Translations under genes and position numbers: made by a program | Notes under the pieces: generated by a model | Databases searched by the model: none | What the model saw: only the letters and a program-made list of their open reading frames with translations | What the model was told of the DNA's origin: nothing | In this document: positions 53,048 through 64,000 of the stretch, piece by piece | Layout: the number at the start of each line of letters is the position of its first letter | Numbering within the stretch: position 1 is the stretch's first letter | NCBI RefSeq assembly: GCF_006345805.1 | Contig: NC_043017.1 | Span: 8,866,001 to 8,930,000 of the forward strand | Direction: 5' to 3' | Length of the DNA stretch: 64,000 nt | From: Octopus sinensis | Lineage: Eukaryota

Positions 53048-53199
53048 AATATCTAGTTAATATCCCATATGCTCTGTAGAACAGCATACACACATGAATA
53101 TACGTGAATGTGTACATACACAATCACAGCCACATTTTTCTCAGTCAATTTTATCGACGGTTATGTTCTCACCGAACTTTCTCTTTCTTCCCACCTGCT

Positions 53200-53253
<54 letters not shown>

Positions 53254-53266
53254 GTCTATCTATCTA

Positions 53267-53316
<50 letters not shown>

Positions 53317-54639
53317 CGTCTGTCTATCTATTTGTATGCGTAGTTGAGTATATCTATATCGTATTTTGTTCTAAAATTTCGTCTACAGTAAGTTCACCCC
53401 TTACCCTTCTCTCTGCGAGTGTCTTACTATTTCCTTTGTATCTCTCTCTGTCTCTCTCTCCCCCGCCACACAAAATCGCTAACCTTGTCTTTATTTCCCC
53501 CTCTCTTAAACCATATCATAAATCTACATCCCCTTCACCCCTATTACTCTTTCATCAACATCATCGGCAACATCACAATCCCCCTCCCTTCTTGGTCTTT
53601 CTTCCCTGTCTCTCTTTATATCTATCTTTCTCCCTCTGTCTCTTTCTATCCCTCTGTCTCTCTCCCTCTCCCACTTTGTGTCTATCTTTCTCTCCCTATC
53701 TCTTTGTGTCTATCTTTCTCTTTATTTCTTTCGTTCTCTCTCTTCCTTTACTCCCTCCCTTTCCTCTTTGTATTTAAAAATATTTAAAACTCCCCCTCTA
53801 ACATTCATCACCTCTCTAACCCTCCCTCTATCTATTTCCCATTCTATCTTTCTCCTTTTCTCTCTCCCTCTTGCCTTTATCCGTCTACTCTCCCCATCCT
53901 CCCATAGTATTATCAACAGACGACACCCCGACGACTAAACAGCTACTACTTTATATTTCTCTCCTACTACCATTACTCATCTTTTTCTTCTAGACCTCCT
54001 ACCACCACGCTATCACTTACTCCTACTATTCCTACAAGCAACCCACTTTTCTGGGAGAGGATCCGCATGGCTAACGTCGTGTCCTGGCCTGGCTGCCTGC
54101 CACACGACCTACGTGATGTCGCGGGCTGTGTGGGTGACTCCCGGATGGCCTGCTGCTTGTATGAGTGTAGGCCTACGTACGTATGCAGATATTTAATAAA
54201 CATCCTCATACACATATATTTACGTATAATAGATACAAATAATAGGTTGCAGGCGTGGCTGTGTGTTAAGAAGCTTGCGATCCAATCGCATGGTTTCGAG
54301 TTCGATCCCTCTGCCTGGCACCTTAGGCAAATGTTTTCTGCTATAAACCTCGGCAGACCAAGTGCGTGGATTTTGGTAGACATAAACTGAAAGAAACTCA
54401 TTCAGTTTATGTGTTGCCATCCCACTGCTCGACAGTGTCGGTTTGTTTACGTCCCTGTAACCGAGTGGTTTTTAAAGGATTTAGTCGAACAAATCGTACA
54501 CCAGTACTTAACTTATAAACATGGTACTTATTGCATCGTTCCCTTTTTGCTGTACCGCTAAGTTATGTATATAATTGTATTTATAAAGGAGGAGTGGACA
54601 AACGAAAGAAAAAGGCACTCAACGAATTTAGTATATATA

Positions 54640-54863
54640 CATACATACATGCATGCATACAGACATCATACATACATACATACATACATACATACATACA
54701 TACATACATACATACATACATACATACATACATACATACATACATACATACATACATACATACATACATACATACATACATACATACATACATGCATGCA
54801 TGCATGCATGCATACGGACATACATACATGCTTATTCTGTTTCTGGAAAGACGCATAAATTAC

Positions 54864-54928
<65 letters not shown>

Positions 54929-54930
54929 TA
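54640..54930. repeat. (CATA)n followed by (TA)n microsatellite
   Basis: Direct observation. Confidence 0.95.
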
Positions 54931-55287
54931 TGTGTGGTATGCAGTGTCACTTGAAGCAAGGACACAATGGGCAGTTGCCCAGGGACCTCATGGGTTAAGG
55001 TTCCAGTCATGATCTGTGTAGGTTGTAACTTATTGTCAATAAATAGACACTGCAGGGCCCTGAGCATTGATCTGTCCAGACTCCTGTAATATGAGCCGCC
55101 CGGTCGGTGGTGTTCGCGTGATTCTTTAGACATTTCTGTATGTTCATCTGTATGTATGAATGTCATTTTAAATATATATATATAGCAGAAGCAACAGAGT
55201 GACTCAAGGTTCGAGAGTTTCTTGCGGTGGCACTGAACTTTCGGACCCTGAGTCACTGTGTTGTTTCCGCTAACAAAAATATACATA

Positions 55288-55680
55288 TTCTTTTACTTGT
55301 TTCAGTCATTTGACTGCGGCCATGCTGGAGCACCGCCTTTAGTCGAGCAACTCGACCCCAGGACTTATTCTTTTGTAAGCCCAGTACTTATTCTATCGGT
55401 CCCTTTTGCCGAACCGCTAAGTGACGGGGACGTAAACACACCAGCATCGGTTGTCAAGCAATGCTAGGGGGACAAACACAGACACACATACATATAAACA
55501 TATATATACATATATACGACAGGCTTCTTTCAGTTTCCGTCTACCAAATCCACTCACAAGGCTTTGGTCGGCCCGAGGCTATAGTAGAAGACACTTGCCC
55601 AAGGTGCCACGCAGTGGGACTGAACCCGGAACCATGTGGTTCGTAAGCAAGCTACTTACCACACAGCCACTTCTACGCCT
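55288..55680 (-). mobile_element. SINE family B, full length, CpG-intact
   Basis: Near-consensus. Confidence 0.9.
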
Positions 55681-55983
55681 CATATTTTGAGTTTTATTTT
55701 TGCTGTTTGCACCAACATACCTATGTGTGTGTGTGTGTGTATGCGTGTGTAATCACATATGTATGTATGTCTGTCAATATGTACGTATAATGATATACTT
55801 CGTGTGTACGTATGTGAGTGCGAGAGAGAGTTTAGTAATTATATATGCCTTGAGTTATAACCGTATGGACACCATGTGTAGGAAGAGGTCGCTGGCTTAA
55901 TTGAATATACACACCCACACATACACACACAAATACATACCTATATACAACGTAAGTACGTACTTTCATACATATACATGTGT

Positions 55984-56017
<34 letters not shown>

Positions 56018-56020
56018 ATA

Positions 56021-56904
56021 TATATTATCACGCATAAAATTCGGAATCTACAACCAGCACACTTCACCCGAGCTAAGATTCCTACACAACCACGAAATGT
56101 CCTATATCTAAGATTCAAAAATTCACTCACTACACCCCCTTTTCTCTCTCATGCACATAGACACAAACAACCACTAAAGTGTACACACACACACACATGC
56201 GCACACAAATACACACACACACACACATGGACACACACATATACATGCTCACATACCGAGACAGACGTACTAACAATGATAACCTCCTACCCTCGCACAG
56301 TCACAAGCACACACACACACACACACATACACACACTATTCACATAGAAAGACATAATTACATACAAATGCAAACACACACACACACACACACACACGCT
56401 CTCTCTTTCACGAACGGAATGTGCCAGACACACTCTCAGACACACGTACGTTCAATCAAATTCCGCACACACAAACATACCCATCTATCCATCTCTCTAT
56501 CTATCTATCTATCTGCATGTATGTGTAAATATATATATGTATATATATATACTAAGCAATAAGGGTTTAGCAACGAGTTGCCTTACCACATACCGAATTT
56601 AGAATAGCAGTCAAAGGTTATAGCTATTTCTTCTACTAAAAAGGAGATCTCAGTAAAAACCCACTGTTTTTACTGAGATCTCCTTTTTAGTAGAAGAAAT
56701 AGCTATAACCCTTTGACTGCTATTCTAATTCGGTATGTGGTAAGGCAACTCGTGCTAAACCTTATGCTTAGGATTACTTAAATTTTCCTCGAATGAGCTT
56801 TTACATGCCGAAGACTACTTGGTGTAATTGATATTTTTTCCAATTAATTAATTTCACCCTTCATATTACGGATTATGTATATATAATATATTTTATATAT
56901 GTAA

Positions 56905-56954
<50 letters not shown>

Positions 56955-57836
56955 ATATATATACATATACATATATATATATATTATCACGCATAAAATT
57001 CGGAATCTACAACCAGCACACTTCACCCGAGCTAAGATTCCTACACACCACGAAATGTCCTATATCTAAGATCAAAATTCACTCACTACCCCCCCTTTTC
57101 TCTCTCATGCACATAGACACAAACACCACTAAAGTGTACCACACACACACATGCGCACACAAATACACACACACACACACACATGACACACACATATACA
57201 TGCTCACATACCGAGACAGACGTACTAACAATGATAACCCTCTACCCTCGCACAGTCACAAGCACACACACACACACACACCTACACACCTATCACATAG
57301 AAAGACATAATTACATACAAATGCAAAACACACACACACACACACACACACGCTCTCTCTTTCACGAACGGAATGTGCCAGACACACTCTCAGACACACG
57401 TACGTTCAATCAAATTCCGCACACACAAACATACCCATCTATCATCTCTCTATCTATCTATCTATCTGCATGTATGTGTAAAATATCTATATGTATATAT
57501 ATATACTAGCATAGGGTTTAGCAACGAGTTGCCTAACCACATACCGAATTTAGAAAAGCAGTCAAAGGGTTATAGCTATTTCTTCTACTAAAAAGGAGAT
57601 CTCAGTAAAAACAGCACTGTTTTTACTGAGATCTCCTTTTTAGTAGAAGAAATAAGCTATAACCCTTTGACTGCTATTTCTAAATTCGGTATGTGGTAAG
57701 GCAACTCGTTGCTAAAACCTTATTGCTTAGTATACTTAAATTTCCTCAATGCGGCTTTTACATGCCGAAGACTACTTGGTGTAATTATAATTTTTCCAAA
57801 TTAATTAATTTCACCCTTCATATACGGATTATGTAG
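56021..57836. repeat. About 960-bp direct tandem duplication (56021-56880 and 56980-57836)
   Basis: Same unique sequence twice; differences are mostly single-base indels. Confidence 0.9.
56552..56771. mobile_element. About 220-bp foldback MITE-like palindrome (second copy 57506-57730)
   Basis: Arms of about 108 bp, loop 5 nt (2 nt in copy 2), TA-rich flanks (tata|ctaag...cttag|tata in copy 2). Confidence 0.75.
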
Positions 57837-57882
57837 ATATAGATATATATATGTAGATATGTATATATATATATATATTATA

Positions 57883-57915
<33 letters not shown>

Positions 57916-57932
57916 CATACATACGTACGTTA

Positions 57933-57981
<49 letters not shown>

Positions 57982-58639
57982 GCACACATACATATGCATG
58001 TCAATATATATATATCAACATGTACATATATATGTTTGTACATACACACACATGGTACGTTGGCGGAATGTGTCATATATATAAACAGCGACACAGACGC
58101 ACTCTCTCCTCTCTCACACACACACACTTACACGCGCAACGCATACACACACATTCATACACGCGTGCATACACACGCGGCGCGCGCGCGCGCACACACA
58201 CACACACACACGCACACACATACCTATACAGCCTGTCGTACTGACGACTAATCCCTGGAAACGTGAGTTTCAGTAAAATTTGACAATTGCTGAAATATAT
58301 ACAATGTACTTACACATACACACACACATATACATACATACATACATACATACATAATTTATGCACAAATATATAGGACAACGGAGAGGCCAGCGAAGCC
58401 AGCTATTTGCAGTCTAGGGAGAAAGGGGTGTTGCCTTAAAGGGGTTATATGTAAAAGGGGGAGTTTCAGAAAATGACAAATTCCCTGCTTTCAGTCTCCT
58501 CCTGCTCCTCCTCCTTCTACTCTTACCCCCCCCCCGTTCTCCCAACTGAAGTGCTTCAATGTTGTTATTCCTCTTACCCAACCGACCCCTTATTCCGTTC
58601 CTTTTACATCTTTTCCTCAAGCGGACCTGTTACAGGGTC

Positions 58640-58730
58640 TTTGAGAATGAGTGGAAAGAAGGATGAAAGAAGATATCCTCAGACTGGAAACCTGGTCCAA
58701 ATGCAAGCAATAGCATGAATTCGGCTAAAA
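58640..58730 (+). mobile_element. Short decayed CR1-like RT fragment
   Basis: MKEDILRLETWSKCKQ*HEF, resembling the LQxDLxxLxxWSxxWQMxF motif. Confidence 0.35.
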
Positions 58731-59139
58731 ACATCCCAAGGGGTCTGTTGATGTGTATTAAACAGGATTAAGTCTACAATCTAAGTAGGCCATAGTGGGA
58801 CTCAAGCTTAAAGCATAGATCAGTGGATCAATACGACCCTTGGGGGTCCACGTAAGATTTTGTCTGTTAAAATTTATCTGCAATAAATTGGTTATACTTC
58901 TACAATTCTTTGACTTGTTTCCATCATTTTGACTGCAGCCATGCTGGAGCACCGCCTTTAGTTGAACAAATTGACACCTAGGACTTATTCTTTGTACCCC
59001 TAGTCCTAATTCTATTAGTCTCTTTTGTTAAATCGCTAACTTACAGGGATGTAAACCCACCAATATCAGTTGTAAAGCGATGGGGGAGGGGGACAAACAC
59101 AGACACGCAAATAAATATATATATATATCTTCGCCATGA

Positions 59140-59320
59140 TAGATCGCTAGCCACCACACATTCTTTATTTTCTCTCCTTGTTTCTTTCTGTGTTCCTTTC
59201 AGTGGAAGAGCATAGGCTTGAAACGTTAAAGACTTTTTCACTTCCCAAGCATTATACTAATACATCTATTTGTTGTCTACACCACCTGTCTTCATCTTTT
59301 GTTTTTTTGCGAATTCTCCC
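59140..59320 (+). mobile_element. Family G repeat (Penelope-like terminal fragment)
   Basis: ttttctctccttgtttc...gaagagcataggcttgaaacgttaaagact...aattctccctata. Confidence 0.55.
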
Positions 59321-59584
59321 TATATATATATATTAATATATATATATATATATATATAGATATTATATATATATATAATATATTATATATATATATAAAA
59401 GTAAATAAATGGTACAACGAGGTACCGATATTTACTGGAAAATAACGATCGTAATAAATACGACGCTATTGTATAGCTTCACTGCGTATATACTAGCAAA
59501 GACGTGTGTGTGCAACAAACATGAAAAAAGTTTGTCTTACCTCTAGGAAGAACATCTGAAAAATGAAAAACCTAGAAACGGATA

Positions 59585-59655
59585 ATGCAGGACCGGTTTC
59601 AGACTCTTCAAATACGTTTGACAACGTAGATTTGATTTGTCTTCATCAGCTGCAT
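59585..59655 (-). ncRNA. Type I hammerhead ribozyme (Penelope/retrozyme-type, palindromic short stem III)
   Basis: Minus strand reads ATGCAG-CTGATGA-AGAC...GTCT-GAAA-CCGG-TC-CTGCAT. Stem I is 6 bp (ATGCAG/CTGCAT), core CUGAUGA and GAAA are intact, stem II AGAC/GTCT is extended by TCAAA/TTTGA and TACGTT/AACGTA with a GTCA loop, stem III is the palindrome ACCGGT, and the cleavage triplet is GUC (cut between 59591 and 59590). Confidence 0.85.
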
Positions 59656-59881
59656 ATACCTAGACAAAATTTCAAATATTGCCACATCTATGCCAGTACA
59701 CTCATCTGAATGCCAAAACGTTAACAGAACGAGAAAAAGTATATATATATATATATATATATATATACAACAGGTTTCTTTCAGTTTCTGTCTACCAAAT
59801 CCACTCTGGAGCTACTAGACTGGATGTGTATATAAATGGATTGGCTACTTGTTTCTGTGAGATTGATCAACTGATGTTGGT

Positions 59882-59926
59882 AACCTCTGATGAGACATCA
59901 ATAATGTTTGAAAACTGATTCAGGTT
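59882..59926 (+). ncRNA. Degenerate type I hammerhead ribozyme motif
   Basis: AACCT-CTGATGA-GACAT caata ATGTT T-GAAA-ACTGAT-TC-AGGTT: 5-bp stem I, intact core, stem II with one extra U, 2-bp stem III, UUC triplet. Confidence 0.5.
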
Positions 59927-60299
59927 GTTCACCACTTTTTCAATCTGGGGAGAAATAGTTAAATTTGACATGTTTGTATGTATACTATGTAGTTTTCCAT
60001 ACATACATACATTGTGAGATCATGGGTTTGATTTCCATACCGGGCATTATGTTGTGCTCGTGAGCAAAGCACTTCATTTCATGTCGCTCTGCAATCATTT
60101 CATCATCTGGCATGTGGCACATGGCACACCTGTACAGGTAATGTCGATTTGATGGAGGGAGTGAGGTTATGCGTACATAAACATTTGATCACAATAAACA
60201 AATCATCTGTGTGGTTGCTTAGGAAGAAATTGCTAAGCCATCATACTTTGTCTAATGATGGGAGAGTCCATGATATATATATATATATATATATATATA

Positions 60300-60460
60300 G
60301 CCTCCGTGCTGTGGGCACGTAACAAACACCATCCGATCGTGGCCGTGCCAGCCTCGCCTGGCCTCCGTGCCGGTGGCACGTAAAAAACACCATCCGAGCG
60401 TGGCCGTTCACCAGCCTCGTCTGGCACCTGTGTCGGTGGCACAAAAAAACACCATCCGAG
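60300..60460. repeat. About 62-bp tandem units from the SINE D internal region
   Basis: 2.6 copies of gcctccgtgccggtggcacgtaaaaaacaccatccgagcgtggccg. Confidence 0.8.
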
Positions 60461-60717
60461 AAATGGATGCGTGCGTTCCGTCATATAATAAAATATATAT
60501 ATATGTAAATTAGAGAAAAACCACTATTATGTAAATCAATCAATGATAGATGTAAATCATAGCATATAGAAAAAATAAGATATATGATAAAACATATAAC
60601 TAGATCACAATAAAGTGAAATGTTCAACAATTCTTCCTCCCTGTCCCCTCTCAAATCCCCCTCTCTTGAATGACAAGACTCCTTCCTCCCCTTTGTTATT
60701 TTCTGCATAACTTAGAC

Positions 60718-61570
60718 CAGTGCTTCTCAAACTCTCTGATGTGGCATAAGAGCAGTTTTTTTTTTCCAGTGTGCCAGAGACTGGTAATATTTCTTAGTAA
60801 TATCAATTTATACTGGAAACAATATATAAAATGGATATAATAAAAGTTGACAATTTTTTATCTTATATCTATTTTGTATACAAATAGTACAATATTACAT
60901 ACATAAGGATTTTATAATCATATTATAATATTTCTTTCTTTTCTGGAAACTCGTCGCATACCAGTAGCTAATGGCTCACAGACCGGCACCGGTCCATGGA
61001 CCACCACTTTGGTTAGCGCTATGTCACGCTGGTGAGACCCATATTGGAGTACAGGATTCAAGCCTCTTCTCCTTATCTCCCCAAAGACATACAGCATCTC
61101 GAAAGAGTCCAGAAGCTGGCTACCCGCATGGTTCTTGGTCTCAAGAATTTGTCTTATGAAGAAAGGCTGAAGACGCTCGACCTTTGTTCTCTAGAAAAAC
61201 AACGATGCCATGGTGATCTCATTCTTGCTCACAACATCATAAGCGGAAAGTGTAACCTTTTGAAATATCTGTTCTTCACTCCTGCTCCAGAACGTAGGCT
61301 GCGGGGTCACTCCGAAAAGCTCTATCTGCGACGATTTCATCTCAATCGAAGGAGAGGGGCTTTCTTCGCCCGGGTTGCGGATCCGTGGAATAAGCTGCCG
61401 GACGAGATGGTGAAGATGCCGACGACCGCTCGGTTCAAAGTCTCCCTTGATCACAAGTGGCCTGAACTCTTTACATGAACACCACCCTGTACATAACTCC
61501 ATGTCTCCCTACATGGCCTTGCTTTTTGCTTTTTGAGCCGAAAAATTAACTAACTAACTAACTAGCGCTG
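60718..61570. mobile_element. hAT-type MITE with a CR1 inserted in its right TIR
   Basis: Left TIR cagtgcttctcaaac; 8-bp TSD ACTTAGAC at 60710-60717 and 61571-61578. Confidence 0.8.
61021..61562 (+). mobile_element. CR1 LINE 3' fragment (5' truncated ORF2 C-terminus, 3' UTR, (TAAC)n tail)
   Basis: YVTLVRPILEY...LERVQKLATRMV.GLKNLSYEERLK.LDL.SLE.RGHSEKL...RVADPWNKLP; flanked by TAGCGCT on both sides. Confidence 0.95.
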
Positions 61571-62036
61571 ACTTAGACAACAGTTTATTCACTGCACCCT
61601 GTATATATATGACTTTTGCATGTAGTTGTACCTTCAAATTACAGCACATGCAGCACATCATGTAGAGTAACTATATCATTGTTCTTTTAAAGTTGGTTAT
61701 TATTTTCATCGTGACATGTTTCTGTATTATACTGGTTTTATCAGTAAAAACAGACATCATTTGTATGAAAGGAAGAAGTGCCTTAAACAATGTTTATCAC
61801 ACTAAGTTTCAACGTCGGTCATTAGAACTTGCAAATAGTTGCATTCCAGACATGTTTTTCTGTTTCATTGAATGAAGGTTTGGCAAGACTAATTTACTGT
61901 TGTTATGGTAATGAGTTCCGGAAATGGTAATGCACTTAAATAAACTTTAAAAATAAAATTACTGAAGCAAGAACAGAAAGTGTATCATGTTACGTGGCCT
62001 GTTTGATTCTGTGTTTGACATGAATGCATTGTTAAT

Positions 62037-62370
62037 AGAGGTGTGGCTGCATGGTAAGAAGTTTGTGTCCTAACCACGTGATTCTGGGTTCAGTCCCACT
62101 GTGTGACACCCTGGGCAAGTGTCTTCTACTATATCTCAACTCTGGGGCCAACCAAAACCTTTTGAGTGGCTTTGGTAGACAGGATGTGAAAGAAATCTGT
62201 TGTGTGTGTGTGTGTGTGTGTTTGTCCCCCCCACCACCACCACCACCACTTGACAACTGGTATTGGTTTGTTTCTGTTCCCATAACCTAGCAGTCTGGCA
62301 ATAAAGACCTGTAGAATAAGTACCAGGCTTTGAGAAAAGAAAAAAAACAAGTTCTGGGGTCAATTCATTT
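62037..62370 (+). mobile_element. SINE family B, degenerate
   Basis: gtgtggctgcatggtaagaag head through aataagtaccaggc. Confidence 0.8.
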
Positions 62371-62379
62371 CACTAAAAA

Positions 62380-62745
62380 TTCTTCAAACCTTGGATTGCC
62401 TTACTTAGATCTTCCATCACCTTGTCCTGCTTTGCTGAATGAATTCCAGCATATGAACACAATCAGAATGCCTTTTGTGTCCCTCCATACTGACTACAAC
62501 TTCAGAGTCTCTGCTCCAGCTGGCCATGTCATATCTTACAGTCTTTGTATGCATTCACAGACCCTTGAACATCAGTCATGATGTCAGCATTTTGATACAC
62601 TGCACAAATCATCATGATACAGGTCACTCTTTCCCAATATTCAGATGGCTTCCAGTCCCTCATGTCAGCAAACTTCTTCTCAACTACAACTTCTATCTTT
62701 ATGCTCTCCAACGCTGTTGACTGTTCACCAAAACATCAAGTTATT
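62380..62745 (-). mobile_element. Decayed RTE-like ORF2 segment (between endonuclease and RT)
   Basis: Stops in all frames; fragments EKKFAD, CAVYQNADI and DLSKAIQGLK resemble the RTE linker region. Confidence 0.4.
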
Positions 62746-63104
62746 CCTGAAAAAAAGGGGACATAAAAAAAATCATCAATTTTAGCCCAAACACCCTACA
62801 TGATGCATCAAACTGTCTATTGTAAACATATTGGTATCAAATTTTGCACAAAGCCAGCAGTTTTGGGGAAAGGAGCAAGTTGATTACATCAACCCCGGTG
62901 TTCATCTGGTACATATTTGATCAACCCCAAAAGGATGAAAGGCAATTTGAAATCAGAAGATTAAGACACGAAATGCTGCTTAAGCATTTTGTCTGGGGGG
63001 CTAGAAATTCTGCCAGCTTGCTGCCTTATCTATTGAAAGCATATTGACACAGGTTTTTATATGGTGTCAGTTAGAAAAAAACTTAAGGTTTTTACAGTTA
63101 TTAA

Positions 63105-63317
63105 CCCTTTCATTACCAACCTGGCTGAAACTGGCTTTGGCTCTGACTACAAATGTCATAAGTTTTTAATTAAAATCTTCCATCAAACCTTAGCCACAAT
63201 TTATCTTCCTAAAATGAGCTAAATGATAACTAAGTTATTTTACTAAATTCTTTGTTATATTTAAAATTAATTGAAACAAACACAGAGGATCTCAAAATAA
63301 ATACGGTAACGAAGGGG
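63105..63317. mobile_element. piggyBac-like MITE
   Basis: TTAA on both sides; TIRs ccctttcattacc / ggtaacgaagggg; related fragment near 35090-35230. Confidence 0.8.
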
Positions 63318-63371
63318 TTAATCAAATGCAACACGCATTGCTGTCTCCTATAATAATTATTATATTTTGGT

Positions 63372-63716
63372 TTCATTCATTCATTCAGTTTTTATTGTGC
63401 CTTGTGGCACTTGTGGCAACAGCAAGACCATTCCACCTTCTAACACCGAAAGCATCCTTGACAGCTTGTTCCATTGTTAACCCTCTGCTTTTAAGATCTT
63501 TTGTTATTGTTCTCTGCCACATTTCTTTTGGTTCACCATTTCTTCTCTTACCTTGTGGAATCCATTGCAAAGCAATCCTGACAACTGAGCTCAGTTTATA
63601 GCGACAAACTCGACCCAGCCATTTCCTTCTACTTGCTTCAATAATTTCTATTATTGGTTTCACATTAGCCTTGGTGTGTAGTTGGCTATTCAAGATCATA
63701 TTCAGCCAGTAGACCT
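63372..63716 (-). mobile_element. RTE LINE 3' end
   Basis: VYWLNMILNSQL...RRKWLGRVCRYKLSSVVRIALQWIPQGKRRNGEPKEMWQRT; (TGAA)n tail. Confidence 0.85.
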
Positions 63717-64000
63717 CACATTAGCCTTGGCTATTCAAGATCATATTCAGCCAGTAGACCTCACATTAGCCTTGGCTATTCAAGATCATATTCAGCCAGT
63801 AGACCTCACATTAGCCTTGGCTATTCAGATCATATTCAGCCAGTAGACCTCACATTAGCCTTGGCTATTCAAGATCATATTCAGCCAGTAGACCTCACAT
63901 TAGCCTTGGCTATTCAAGATCATATTCAGCCAGTAGACCTCACATTAGCCTTGGCTATTCAAGATCATATTCAGCCAGTAGACCTCACATTAGCCTTGGT
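63661..64000. repeat. 45-bp tandem repeat derived from the RTE sequence, running off the window end
   Basis: Units start at 63717, 63762, 63807, 63851, 63896, 63941, 63986. Confidence 0.95.

Noticed and set aside
58241-58275. CTGACGA...GAAACGTGAGTT
   Set aside because: Stem II and stem I are not supported; at most a decayed relic.
62405-62746. Minus-strand exon-like block with strong acceptor and GTAAG donor
   Set aside because: Stops in all three frames, and fragments match a decayed RTE linker region.

Overview
AT-rich eukaryotic genomic DNA saturated with microsatellites and short interspersed repeats. The repeat families look like those of Octopus genomes (inference from sequence resemblance, no search run). 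No complete protein-coding gene, rRNA, true tRNA or CRISPR array is visible, and nearly all ORFs in the supplied track are microsatellite or SINE read-throughs. What can be supported: (i) dozens of SINE copies of four families (my labels A-D); (ii) decayed LINE fragments (RTE, CR1-like, and one restriction-like-endonuclease clade 3' end); (iii) several non-autonomous DNA transposons with readable terminal inverted repeats (TIRs) and target-site duplications (TSDs): hAT-like, TTAA/piggyBac-like, and Merlin-like copies carrying CCCTAA tracts; (iv) one convincing host exon on the minus strand encoding a signal peptide (31463-31388); (v) the main highlight, a type I hammerhead ribozyme with an intact catalytic core on the minus strand (59655-59585). 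It is followed 35 nt downstream by a 15-nt ATG-starting mini-exon with strong splice signals, and a second, degenerate hammerhead lies about 230 nt away on the plus strand. Also notable: a CpG-decay contrast between sister SINE copies, a SINE trimer within one TSD, a satellite born from RTE coding sequence, and a ~960-bp tandem duplication that may be an assembly artefact.
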